Shown here: piece by piece, positions 1 to 11,884 of the stretch
Layout of the letters: every line of letters begins with the position of its first letter
Numbering within the stretch: the first letter of the stretch is position 1
Assembly: GCA_004764695.1 (NCBI GenBank)
Contig: SMSO01000031.1
Coordinates: 658,436 to 722,435, forward strand
DNA: 64,000 nucleotides
Direction: 5' to 3'
Source: Schizochytrium sp. TIO01
Lineage: Eukaryota; Protista; Bigyra: Labyrinthulomycetes
The notes under the pieces: model-generated
Seen by the model: only the letters and a program-made list of their open reading frames with translations
What the model was told of the DNA's origin: nothing
The model's database searches: none
Made by a program: the position numbers and the translations under genes

Positions 1-588
1 CGTACTGTCCCGCATTTGCTCCTGACCATTCGTGAGCGCGGAATGTACACGTCGATTTGTGCTCCGGTTGGCGAGACTTTTGGTGGCGGAGCGGTTGGAC
101 TTTGGTCATTTCTCTTCATCATCAGTAAGATCCCTGAGCTGGTCGATACGGTCTTCATCGTGCTCAGGAAGAAGCCGCTCGTGCTGCTCCACTGGTACCA
201 CCACTTCACCGTGCTGCTTTACGTCTGGCAGTCGTACGCGACTCAGTCTAGCGCCGGCATCTACTTCATTGCGATGAACTACACGGTGCACAGCATCATG
301 TACTTTTATTACGCGCTGGCGGCGGTGCGCATGTGGCCCAGCTTCATCCCGAGGTACACTATCACGCTCCTCCAGCTCTTTCAGATGGTACTTGGTATCT
401 GGATCTGCGTCAAGATCTACGAATACAAGAATGCCGGTGTGCCCTGTTCCACCTCGGACGTCAGCTTCCAGTCTGGCGTTGTCATGTACTTCTCCTACTT
501 CCTTCTCTTCCTTCAGATCCTCTACAAGATTCTCACATCCGATGGTAAGAAGAAGGCCCGCACCACTGCCCAGAAGAAGAACCAGTAA
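1..588 (+). CDS. ELO/GNS1-family very-long-chain fatty acid elongase (ELOVL6-like), 5'-truncated by the window edge
   Basis: The frame is open from base 1 (RTVPHLLLT...). It carries the ELO motifs SKIPELVDTVFIVLRKK, the histidine box LHWYHH, MNYTVHSIMYFYY and TLLQLFQM, several TM segments and a C-terminal KKxx ER-retrieval signal (KKNQ). Confidence 0.95.
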   Translation, partial: RTVPHLLLTIRERGMYTSICAPVGETFGGGAVGLWSFLFIISKIPELVDTVFIVLRKKPLVLLHWYHHFTVLLYVWQSYATQSSAGIYFIAMNYTVHSIMYFYYALAAVRMWPSFIPRYTITLLQLFQMVLGIWICVKIYEYKNAGVPCSTSDVSFQSGVVMYFSYFLLFLQILYKILTSDGKKKARTTAQKKNQ

Positions 589-654
589 GAGAGGTATCGC
601 GTTAACACTCCTAGGGTTGGCTCTACAATGCTCAAACATCAAAAACAATGATTT

Positions 655-683
655 TACTACTACTACTACTACTACTACTACTA
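655..683. repeat. (TAC)n microsatellite in the elongase 3' region
   Basis: About 9 perfect TAC units are directly visible. Confidence 0.9.
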
Positions 684-1218
684 TGACTACAAAAACAACC
701 ACCACAATAACAATTACAAGAGCACCTCTCATGTGTCCATGTGTCCGGCAAATGCCTTCTCGTTCCTCTCTAGAGGAACAAAAACAACTACAGCGACAAA
801 TACAGTAATTACAGTCACACACACAACATTGATGGATGCAGTGATGACGGATTTTCTCCTTGGCATTCATTCATCACCCTTCACAAAAAAGAATATTAAA
901 ATTAGAGCTTCTCACCATCACAGTGATCAAATAACCATACATTCTCCATCACCCCCTTTCCTTTCGCTTCATGCTAGAAGAAGGTTCGTACCTGCCCTTT
1001 AAAAAAATCAATTTCTATTTGTCTAATGTCTGACACCCTTTTCATTTACTTTGACTTACTAACTTAGACTAGTATATACAATCGGTCCGCAATTTCCCCT
1101 GACGGGACCTTACATGTGGAGAACTTCTTCCGACCGCTTGCAAGTCTGCCAGTCTGTGAGGGTGCCAAGGAATAGGAATAATCATCTCCAGCTCCCAGGC
1201 CTTAAATTTAACTTGTTC

Positions 1219-3912
1219 TCAAGTCTTTGTGGATTGCTCAGGAGGAATCTTGGTAGCGAGAAACTTCCGCATACGTTGCACGAAGGCTCCAAAGTGTGGA
1301 ACACTCTCAAGTTTATCATCACCAACAATCCATCGAGGCAACTTTGCGACGATGTTTGGTCGCGCGTATCTGCTATCCATAAGGACCACAGCCGCGTAAT
1401 CATCACGATGACGGATGGCCCGACCGATGCATTGGTTTACTGCCTTCATACATAGGTTTTCATAAAAATCTTTGCTTGTCAGCTTAGGTTGGCCCGATAG
1501 CGCCATGGTCGCCATGCCTCGATCCAAGAACTCCATCTTTGCCTTTAGTTCAGGGTCCTGAGCATTGGGGAAGGGCAGACCTACCATGACAACACAACGC
1601 GCTAGCTCGTCCTTAAAGTTAATGCCCTCAGACAATTTGCCTCCTACAACAGAAAAGAGCAAGGCGCCACGGCGCGTCCGTGCTGCTGCTGCATAATTGT
1701 CCAAGAGGCGTTCCGCTTGATGTGCGTCTCGAGTATCACAAATAACAGTCTTCTTAGCCTCTAGACGCTCCCACTGCTTCTGAGACTTCCAGCGAGCAAA
1801 CAATTGTTCAGCGTATGAATACGAAGGCAAAAATACCACAACGCCATATGGGATGATTGTGCACATATTCACTAAACTGCGTACAATCTCATCCATGACA
1901 ACATGCTGGGTACGATTAGCAAATGTAAGCTCAAGTGGAGTCCGTGTTGGCCCAGTTCCCATGCAAAGGCACAACATATTCTCCTTCGGGATGACATGGC
2001 CGCATGAGAAAAGCCTAATTTGGGATCGTGGAAGATGCCCGAAGAGTTGCGTCTCAACATCTGCAGTAGGCTTCATTGTGCCTCCTGCAAGAATTACAGC
2101 ATGCGCTTCATCCACAATCTCCCGGAAATGGGTTCCAGGATGCAGCATAAGAAATTTCATCATCGTGCGAGGTCCATCCCCAACGATGAGAACTTTGCCA
2201 TCCTTCTCTGTATTGACGAGCCCCTCAAGAAAAGCTTGAACAGGACGAAGACTAGCGGCTGCGCGAGGTTTCCGCCCGGAAAGCGGCGCACCGGGTTCCT
2301 TGGCATGGACTCGCTTTCTTTCTTTCATGTTTGATAGAACGACCTCCCCTACTTTTTCCTTTTGAGCAATGTACTTTTCTGCAAAACCACGCAGCTTTTG
2401 CGCCAAGCGTGACCTCTCCAGAAAATCCAGCAACGGGAAAATGTTAATGTGTTCAACATCGGCCTCAGAGACGACCTTTCCGCATGTCATGACTGAAGAG
2501 CATTTCTGCTTTGCCTTCTGTTCAAGGAAATTTTGCAAACCCGCAATCACAATCAGCAATTGGTTGACCGAAACCTTATTAGAGGGATTAAGGCGGGTTC
2601 TGTAGCGATCACGATAGGCCAAAAGATCTGCATGGGCCTGCGTCAACTCTGCAAGCGAGAGAGTCACACTATGAACTTCATTGATAGCTTCAATGACGTT
2701 GTGGGCTTCGTCGCATATTACGATATTACCTTTCAACCGAATGCCCAAGGACTCTCGCGTTTTGCGGTGCAAAAGCATAGAATATGGCAGAGCTACAAAC
2801 TCCGCGTCACGAACGGAGACTCGCGACGCGTAATACCCACAGGCCTGCTCATCTTTCGCAATATCAGCGATGCTCTCGATATCTCGAGCCTCATATAAGA
2901 TTTCATCACTCAAGCGACTAATGCTGTTCTTGTCAAACAATGGGCATGCAGACCGAGCAGGAGCCCTCGTCACAACCACACCATTTCGACCATCGCGAGC
3001 ACCCCCACGTCGGGATTTTGCCCCTTTCTTCTCACCGCCATTGTCGTCTGACTTTCGAGCTTGGTCGATGAGGTCTAGACACTTTTCATTGATTCGCGAG
3101 TTCGACCCTAATCCACGAACCGTATCATTTGTACAAAGTTGTTTTCGCGAGCCTAACGCTACACTCGGGATCGAAGCTCCAAATGGAGTCCTTCGTATCT
3201 CATTCATAAATTGTGACAGCTGGGAATGCGTGCGGCTGCAAAAAAATATCTTGCGTGGCTCATCGGTCGAAAGATCTTCATCCTCATGTGCATTACTTGA
3301 CTGGCCATATACTTCGTCGTCACTCTCATACGCTCGCGCTCGCCAATCATTCGCCGCTGCGTCGGCGTCTTCCTCACCAAGGTCTTCCAGTACAAACTCT
3401 GAATCGCTTGTGCTCCCACTGTCTTGTTTCATTGACTGTCCCAGTTTAGACTGACGCGCACGCTTTCGAGCAGGTCTTAGTTTTTCCCCACGTCGTTGCT
3501 CTACGCGTTCCCGGCGTTGGCGTTGCTTTTCCTCGGCATCGCTGCGAGCCTCTTCACGTTTTTGATCGGCAAACGCCGTGATCCAGTCGAGCTCTCCACC
3601 TGTGCTTTTGTTTTTCTCATCTTGGGCTGTCTTTCGACTCAGATCGTTGCGGTCCATATCTGCATCCAAGACTTTGCCACGGTTTACCTTGAGCCAGTGC
3701 AGGGCGCTAGAGATAATGCTCAGACTTTTGCCTGAACCAGTGGGAGACTCGAAAATGCCCACTTGACCATGATCAAGAGTTTCGTATAACTCATACATTA
3801 GATCTTTCTGGATATCATAAGGCTCAAAGTCAAAAGGCCACAGGTAATGTTCTTGCTCTCCAGCTTTTCGTTGAGCGCTGCTTCGTGAGTCATTCCACAT
3901 CGTGCCCGCCAT
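1219..3912 (-). CDS. DDX11: ATP-dependent Fe-S DNA helicase DDX11/Chl1 (XPD/Rad3 family)
   Basis: Q motif PYDIQ, Walker A ESPTGSGKS, CSRTHSQLSQF, Fe-S cysteines (LGSRKQLC, INEKCLDL, CPLF, ACGYY), DEAHN, AGGTMKP, GGKLSEGINFKD and AVNQCIGRAIRHRDDY. The first ATG is at 3912 (the ORF track starts at GTG 3921). Confidence 0.95.
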   Translation of the reverse strand: MAGTMWNDSRSSAQRKAGEQEHYLWPFDFEPYDIQKDLMYELYETLDHGQVGIFESPTGSGKSLSIISSALHWLKVNRGKVLDADMDRNDLSRKTAQDEKNKSTGGELDWITAFADQKREEARSDAEEKQRQRRERVEQRRGEKLRPARKRARQSKLGQSMKQDSGSTSDSEFVLEDLGEEDADAAANDWRARAYESDDEVYGQSSNAHEDEDLSTDEPRKIFFCSRTHSQLSQFMNEIRRTPFGASIPSVALGSRKQLCTNDTVRGLGSNSRINEKCLDLIDQARKSDDNGGEKKGAKSRRGGARDGRNGVVVTRAPARSACPLFDKNSISRLSDEILYEARDIESIADIAKDEQACGYYASRVSVRDAEFVALPYSMLLHRKTRESLGIRLKGNIVICDEAHNVIEAINEVHSVTLSLAELTQAHADLLAYRDRYRTRLNPSNKVSVNQLLIVIAGLQNFLEQKAKQKCSSVMTCGKVVSEADVEHINIFPLLDFLERSRLAQKLRGFAEKYIAQKEKVGEVVLSNMKERKRVHAKEPGAPLSGRKPRAAASLRPVQAFLEGLVNTEKDGKVLIVGDGPRTMMKFLMLHPGTHFREIVDEAHAVILAGGTMKPTADVETQLFGHLPRSQIRLFSCGHVIPKENMLCLCMGTGPTRTPLELTFANRTQHVVMDEIVRSLVNMCTIIPYGVVVFLPSYSYAEQLFARWKSQKQWERLEAKKTVICDTRDAHQAERLLDNYAAAARTRRGALLFSVVGGKLSEGINFKDELARCVVMVGLPFPNAQDPELKAKMEFLDRGMATMALSGQPKLTSKDFYENLCMKAVNQCIGRAIRHRDDYAAVVLMDSRYARPNIVAKLPRWIVGDDKLESVPHFGAFVQRMRKFLATKIPPEQSTKT

Positions 3913-6900
3913 GGCTGCCACGATTCGCCACGATTGTGATATAGCCTACACAAGCGAAAAGGCTCTTCCGGACCACGAAAGGTGCTAACTTAGACGTGAT
4001 TGTTTCAGGTCAGGTAGGCACCTCCAAGGTTCTGCTCTGCCAAACTGGGCAGGGCTCTGCCTCGTAGAGTACTACTGACTTTGATTGTGATTTTCATGTC
4101 TAAACAGTTCAATCATAAGTCACAACTAACCTAACGACGTCTCCTATCTCATCATTTTTTTTAAAACTTAGATTGGAAGGGCAGTCAAACAAATTACCGT
4201 ACAATAAGAAGCTCAGATAAATCGATTTTGCTAGGTATTCCAGAGCAGTTAAAAAAAAAAGGGTCACGGAAACCTGTACGATTCATACAGAGTCACCTGG
4301 ATTGGTCCTTCTTGGGGCAAAACAGTACATTCTAAAATTAATTCCTAGCAGCATCTCAAAGTACTATCAATAGGCCTATTTGTAGCATGAGTAGTGACCA
4401 TCCTAGGTGACTGATAAGAGTTACTGCTAGGCACCTAGCTAGAAAAGAAAAAAACACACGATGATAGAGCTACTTACTCTATTAAGCCTCAGATAGCAGA
4501 TGGTGTTTTATAAATATATTATAATACACTGATTTGCTGGTACCATGGTTCTCACACGAAGACTGATGTCCCACGAAGGCTAATGTGGCGAGTCTAGACG
4601 TAAATGTTCTTGTGAATGAATGGGCTACTTTTTGGCAGAACAAATTCCATTGAATCAATGCATTGGTTCGTCATAACATTTCATCTTCACAAATTCTCAC
4701 AATAAAGCCTTAATTAACGTCATTACGAAAGTACAAACATTAGCTAAATCTAAGCTCAGTTTCACTGTCCCTGTGGTAACTCCTTGTGGTGACAAGTCTT
4801 ATCTTTGGATAATAAGTTTTTCTTTTTTACTATTACCTCTTGTTGGAAATATTTTTTGCATTTGCAAAATAGTAGAATGGATTTTGCTTTGAAACATAAT
4901 TTTCTGGAACATTTAAATCACCCAGTTGAACATATACGCAGACAACAGTTGAGATCATAATTTAGAGGTCACAATGCTCGCAACAGAGCCTCTTGTGAGG
5001 ATGACGTCCAATAGCGTTTGTCCTGAGATTATGCGTTCTCCAAAAAATCGATAAACATGAAAAGCTATATTACAACTACGATTTGCCTCTACCAAACGTG
5101 CTTACAAAGTGCAGCTTTCCAAAAGGAATATATGTTTCTTGCCAACACGAAGACAACAGAAAAAAATATTGATCTCTGGGCATTCTGTTTACACTGCAGC
5201 TGTATGTAACACCAACCCGTGTCTTTATCTTACGTAGCGCCATTTCCACTTGTAAGAAACTACATTTATCTATTCTTTAGCTCAAGTCAAACCTTGAGCC
5301 CAAGAGAAGCTGATGTTTGTAATGGTCATATTAGTAAAAGAAGATCGGCAAGGAAATCGAAATTGTCTCGATTGTTAAACCCGAAAGCTCGAGCAAAGCC
5401 ACTGTATGCTTGAACTTTTCCCCTCTTTTTTTGTGACGGCCAAAGGGTGGGTAAAACTACTATCTTCCACTCCACTTGCATTTAAACTCTTTGATGTCAA
5501 TGAAAAGGAAAGTCGCAAAGACACTGCCACTCAAATAATATCACCCTGTTTTCACCTATATATTTTATTGAAAAAGTATTTGTGAGTCAGAGGAAACAAG
5601 CAACTCAGACTGGATTCAAGGATAGGAATTACCTTAATAATTTCAAGGGAGAAATTCATCTTTTTTGATGTTGTTGATGTTGTTATTGTTGTCAAGATTA
5701 CACAATCTGTTTTAAGAAATCAATCGAGAATCATACAATTGATTGCGTCTACGAAGAATTATATATATGTATATACGGAAGTGCTGATATGTCTTTGCGA
5801 GTCCGCTTTCTAATCGCAGGTTATAAAGGCATTCGCTCTTTAATAGCGACGAGATCCCCAAGGATATAATATATTACCAGAGTCCTAGGCAAACTCTTAT
5901 AACTTGCAAACTATTACTAATTGTTGTAGTTGATAAGAATTTGACTATCAGGTACGCCTATGTGAGGCTAAGGGAGCGCAAGAGTGAAAGTACACTACAT
6001 AAGCAAGGGAATATGCAAGAACAAAGCTGAGTGAATGACTGAGAAAACCCCTAGCCACTTTAGTTCTGTGTAGTACAGATGAAGTCTGTAGTTTCATAGT
6101 TAGAATATGAATCAGGCTACCTGGGTCTTCATCTCCAAGGCCAGCAGGTTGCTAACTATATCAGACTAAGTTTATAATGCTTTTTATATCTTAGTATGTT
6201 CTCCAAGCTCTTTCCCTGGTCAATCTGAGCCAGATCAAGGATAACCTTGAAGAAGTCAAAACTCTAGTGAATTTTATTAATAAGAGGAATCATTAGGCTT
6301 TCGTTGACCTTTTAATCTCCTTATTTGCTATGCTAGATCACAAACTTCATATCACCATGCTTTCAAGCATTAGCTCTTGTTTTCCCGACTTTTTTATTTT
6401 CCTCTCGGAACAATTGAACTTCTATCTCAATGTCGCCAATGTTGGTTGCTTTAGGATTCGCTGTCTCCATATATTTTTATTTCCTGTGCCTCTCCCCTTC
6501 GCCCCCTATTTTTCTCTCCTTTCCTTGTCTCTCATGCATCCATATGTATCTTATTTTCTTTTGCTCGATGCACAAATAACCCAATCGTGCCCTAGTTGCC
6601 TTTGTATATCAAATTTACCGTCCCAACCCGTCCAGCAACAATCGGAATGTCCTTGCGTGACCTGTGACTGTACAACGTTTGTACTATTCATGATCTTTCT
6701 TACGGCAAAAGCAGATTAAGAGTCATATAGTTTCTCGGAGGTAGTTTGCTAACGACTTAATCTTAGTCTCTCATAGTTCCTGTGGCTGTCTAGAAATACA
6801 TATTAATGCCATAGTCATCAACATACTCTATCGAGCAAATAGCTGAGCATCATCTGGTCAGCGCACGCCGTGTTCTTCACGAGTGCCCGCCAACTACTTC

Positions 6901-9900
6901 AATGATGACTATACTCAAAACCGATATCTAAAAACTGTACCAGAAACAGCTAGTTTGTCATTACGTCGCATTCTGCTTCTCTGGCTTTTGGTCAGACCTC
7001 CTTCAGCACAAAGAAACATCTCATTCCAGAGTTTCTCTGGGAGACTATCACCTTTACCCTGATGATGTATCCATATTCCTCGTAATAATCGTAACCCTCG
7101 AAAGGTTTATTTAGATCTTCGCGATCCTCATAAGCTGCAGTAGGAATAGTGTCCGTTCACTCTTGCATTATCATTGACGTTGAGACCAAAGTAGACTAAA
7201 CAATTATGATTTATATTTCGTAAGTATCACTTTGTTGATGTTATGAGAAATCAATTTTTCAAGTAAGATATTGGCGTTATTATATTATGGTCATTCCAGC
7301 TTATTATACGCATAACGAAGCTGACGAACTGTTCTATTCAAGAAGTCTATGGTTCAAATGGTGAATTGAATGTCTTTAAATCAAAAGATACGCTGCGCGC
7401 AAACCAAATACCTGCTTCTCCTGTTGTTTTGTTATATTTTGTTTCGTTTTGTTTTACCTTCTTCTCTTTTCTTTAGGTTTTATACAAAAAGAAATGAGTA
7501 CTAAGTATATACAGCAAATAAGGATGTCCAAGCATCAAGGTTGCGCATGTATGGTGCAATGTTGCAGTCAATACTCTACTTTTCTTTGAGTCTTGTTGAC
7601 TTCGTTTTTTGTCAGGTTCAATTGAACCCTCCACTACTGTGATTCCTTTGAAAAAGATGTTTGTTACGGTTACATTAATGAAAACTTCAAATTATGGTAG
7701 GTCATAGATATAAACAAACGTAAAAAATGAAACGCTAAACAAAGGCTTAGCTCCTCTGTAAAGGTAGATGTGTACGGGGGGCAAACGAGATATTGACTGT
7801 AATAACAAACGTTCCGTTGAGGGCCTGCAAAAGTTATTTTAGCTCTGTTAGATTCTATTGATTTTATTGACTAAAAAAGAATAAACTTCGCTATAGAGTC
7901 CAAATCACCTTCATCTTATTTTTTACAACTGTTTAGCAAGCTGCCCCGCAAAACAATGCCTATGAGCTGGTGAAGAATTAAAATATTATCAGTTAATGTC
8001 TCACAATAAAGTTGAATTCACCAAAAAAAAAAAAGCATTTCACGGAGGGAAGCCGCAACGATTCGCTCTAAAACCTTCGAAGGAAAATAGATGAACGAAT
8101 TCAGAGAGTCGATCGACTCTGTAAATCGTCCAAAACGCATAAAGTAGAGCAGCTGACGTAGGTGTAAAGATCCACGCAAACCTGGAGACGGTTTCATTAG
8201 CCAAATTGAAGCTTGGAAAATTGGATTCTCAAAAATGGATTCAAAAGGTATATTCTGCAGGTTCTGAAGAAGAAAGCATTCTTGATATATCCCAGCTGGC
8301 ATGCGGTGAATTTTAGAATGAATACCCCTACTCAAGGCTAATATTCCTCGATTTAGTTTATGATCCTTAAGGACAGCCTGAGATCATAGGTCTGTATATG
8401 CAACTCCTATTAACAGAAATAAGATGTCTCAAATTGGATTTGCTTCGAAGACACAAAGGCAATGTAGAGGACGAAGTCACAGGCAGACCGTGTCTCACCG
8501 TAACACATTCCTCATTCCGTGCTAGCTATATCTTATTTCTTTTCCACAAGAGGCTTGAAATGAAAAATTACACCACCTCAACGATACAAAGTTTAGCTCC
8601 ATTTGCCAATTTCCAATCCAGCCAAGGCAAATGCCTAGTATTTCTTTTAGGCATCAACAATCAGAATTAAAAGAACTAGCCCTCCATTTAGGTAAGTAAG
8701 GAAATAAGCTTTCTTAGAGCACTGAAACATATAACACGAAGCGTTTCTGACTAAAATAGTTTTGAGCACCTCTTCTTATTCATCACTCGGTCAGTAGATC
8801 AACTCGAAAGTATTTGAAACGCAAATAAAGGTGTTTTCCTCACGTCTATACAATTAGGCAATACAGATGAACAACTTGCAAATGTCAGTTGAAGATTACC
8901 TAGCACGAAATTTGACACATTCTCAGTCAGTAAAGCTGAGGGTAGGTACAAATTTTCCATAAGATTTTACTTCAACTTTGATCAAATGTGAAGCTTAGTG
9001 GATCTAATTAATGTGCCGCGGCGGGATCCTTGCAAATATATTTTAGTTTGATAATGTAATTCATATGGTAATGTTTTATTGCTCTAAGTTCAAATTCTAC
9101 TTTGACTTTTATGTTGGAACTTTAGAATTTTAATCAAACTCCGGGGGAATTCGATACCTAATTCGGCGACAAAAAGGGAACAGCATGCTGAACTCAGGAG
9201 TACTAGCAAGCGCACTTCTCATTAGGAAGCTCTTTTTTAAAATGGTTTTACAAGAAACGACTTTTACATTATCACCCACTAACCAAATATTTCAATAAAA
9301 TCAAATGAACTAACTCAATGAGATAAGCCAGAATCCTTTGATTTAAACTTCTGCCCAAACGAAATAAGAAGTGGGGCACGAAGGTTCATATGATTTACTT
9401 TGTTGGTTAGAAAAGAATACCCTGCAACCATTTTAAGTAGGAACCGAAATTTGAGCAAGGTTCGAAATTCCTCTCAAAATGGATTGGTAGAAGGACCTTT
9501 GTCTTAAATGCACAAATGCTGACCAAAAAAATATGTACAGAACACGATCAACAAATAATAACAAGACCCTCTTTTGTTTGAATCATTCTACTCCAATGAT
9601 TCCAGAGGTTAATGTTGATTTGGAATACCCTTCATCGAAGTTTTGACCAAGCCAACGGATCTATGTAAGGGTCCTACGAGAAATTATTATTGAAAAGAGA
9701 AAAAAGGCTTAACTTTTTTTTAAAATTTACTTTAAAAGTTTTTTGCTTCTGTGCTGGTTTTGCTCCATACACCAAGCACAGGCAATGAAGTTGAAGCGGT
9801 CCTGGCTTGAGCGGGCAAGGATTGGCGCGAGATTAGAACACGCTGCCATGAACCCCACACAATGGTCCTTCAGGCAAGGCTATTCATCCAGCACCGTCCG

Positions 9901-11623
9901 GCTTGAATAATTTCCTGCACATCGCGGCGGGGGTTTCGAGCTAGCTTGCGAACTTAGTTGGGCAAGCCGATTGAGACCTTGATCTGCTGCAGAATATGTT
10001 GATAAGCAGCGCTAAGGAAACCAAGGATAGTGTAAATGGATAGATTGCTTAATCAGCGAATCCTCTATCAAGTCATTGTGCTTAAAGAGAATTGAACAGA
10101 GACCTTCCCTTTATTAGGCTAAACCTTAGTGTATGACTAAAAATGCGAGCCCGATCACATAGAATCTCAGAATAGAAGTCATTCAATTTCAAATGTACAT
10201 TTAGGACTCTCTAAAAGGTTCGTATTGTGCCCTCTGGCATATTAAATTTTATTAAACGCACTTGACTTTCTGGGTATGAGTTGGAGTTCTTAAACTTATA
10301 ATGATTCGCATAGGTTTAGATGCAGCTAAGATATTAGAGGAGAGTGGCCAAATGTGGCAGCTTAATAAAGAAGGAGAGATGCATAGCCACCATGTCTCGT
10401 CTATGACCATTGAACTGATGATATTTCAATGGTTAAGTGAAAGACTATTTTGTTTATTCAACTGACTAGTCATTTGATATTTATTTTGGAGGTTTTCAAT
10501 AACTTAAAGCAATTTGGCAGCAGCACTGCTCGTAAGCAGATGTCGCTATCATTCATGTAACTGCCATTTGGCAAAGATTGGACTCATTTTATTTTATCAG
10601 CTTAGATAATTGATGCCTTTCTTTTCTCAGAAATTTCCTCTAAACAGAGACGAAACAGAAAAATAACGGTTGTATGACTGAAGATTCAACTCAGTTCATT
10701 GTGTGACTCATTCGGACATCCTGAGCACTAGGAACTTGGGTTTTACTTACCAGATATCAATGAATTGGAGCTAATGTAAGCTATGCCATTCTTTGATCAC
10801 TGGTCAGTAATGGAAAAATCGTTTTTCAGAACTCTCCTTTGAAAATACTCGAAACTTGAGGGGAAGCGATTATATTTTTGAAGACCTAACTCATAGTTCG
10901 GTCTACAATCCACTCGGACATCCTGGGCATCAGGTAGTTACTCACCAGGTATCATTGACCGGTGCCATCGCAAGTAGCATACAAGGAGAAGCTAAGTGTT
11001 GCTCGAGAGATTAGTTAGACATGAGTGACGCACCCTGGTTTTCTTTTACGGCAGTTTCCCCGTACTACTTTCTGTCTTTGCGCGAGATCACCGATCATCT
11101 TGTGCTAAGTAAACCCAGGGATGCTTTGTATTAACCAACAGTTACACCTTAGATTTTCTATCAAGCTCTGACAATCATGATGTACCTGCCAGGCTCCAGC
11201 GCAGCGCCAGCGAAACTGTACATGCGCCGTATCTCGCGTCCATCCGAGGGTTACAATCTACATAGAACAGCCTTCTCTTCTGTAACTGCATAACATCTGG
11301 GCTCTCTTATATGTAGAGTTTAGACTAGCAATTCTAAAGTAACGTGGCTCGAGTTTTTGATTTTTAAGAGAGGGGCCCAGGTCCATGTGAGTGTAAACGA
11401 CTCGTTTCTATGAATTTTTATTGAAACTTTTTCGCAGAACTTTCTACGTATGGTGGTAGATACTTCTAGTAAAGTAACGCCGTAGCTTGGAGCCAAGTAG
11501 CTTAAAAATTTTGAAGAAATGCTCAAATTTCTTGTCTCTCGCTCCACTGGCGGACACCGCGAGCAGGCGTCACTGTGCCCAAAAACACTGCCAAACCCAA
11601 CTATAGCCAAACCCCAGATTAGA

Positions 11624-11694
11624 CAAAACCAAAACCAAAACCAAAACCAAAACCAAACCAAAACCAAACCAAACCAAACCAAACCAAACCAAAA
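11624..11694. repeat. (CAAAAC)/(CAAAC) compound microsatellite
   Basis: A visible hexa/pentanucleotide array about 190 bp upstream of the orphan repeat gene. Confidence 0.9.
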
Positions 11695-11884
11695 TCGGAG
11701 ATCTGCATCGGAGCACCATCAACGATACCTAGGACCTTAAGAACGTAAGTCTTCAACCTCTCGCTACCTTTCGACGCTTCGCTTTACACTCGTCTCTTCG
11801 GGACCCAACGCATTTAGTTTTCATCTCGTGGACACGGGCCTTTTGTTTGAAGCCGTAATCAACCAAGTACGACATTTCGGAATT

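Noticed and set aside
106-870. 254-aa minus-strand ORF with poly-Val
   Set aside because: Antisense to the elongase; the poly-Val comes from the (TAC)n microsatellite.
9400-9480. GGTTCGAAAT T-loop-like motif suggesting a tRNA
   Set aside because: No acceptor stem, D-arm or anticodon arm could be built.
11624-11694. C/A-rich array as an interstitial telomere
   Set aside because: Mixed CAAAAC/CAAAC units do not match TTAGG/TTAGGG/TTTAGGG-type repeats; it is an ordinary microsatellite.
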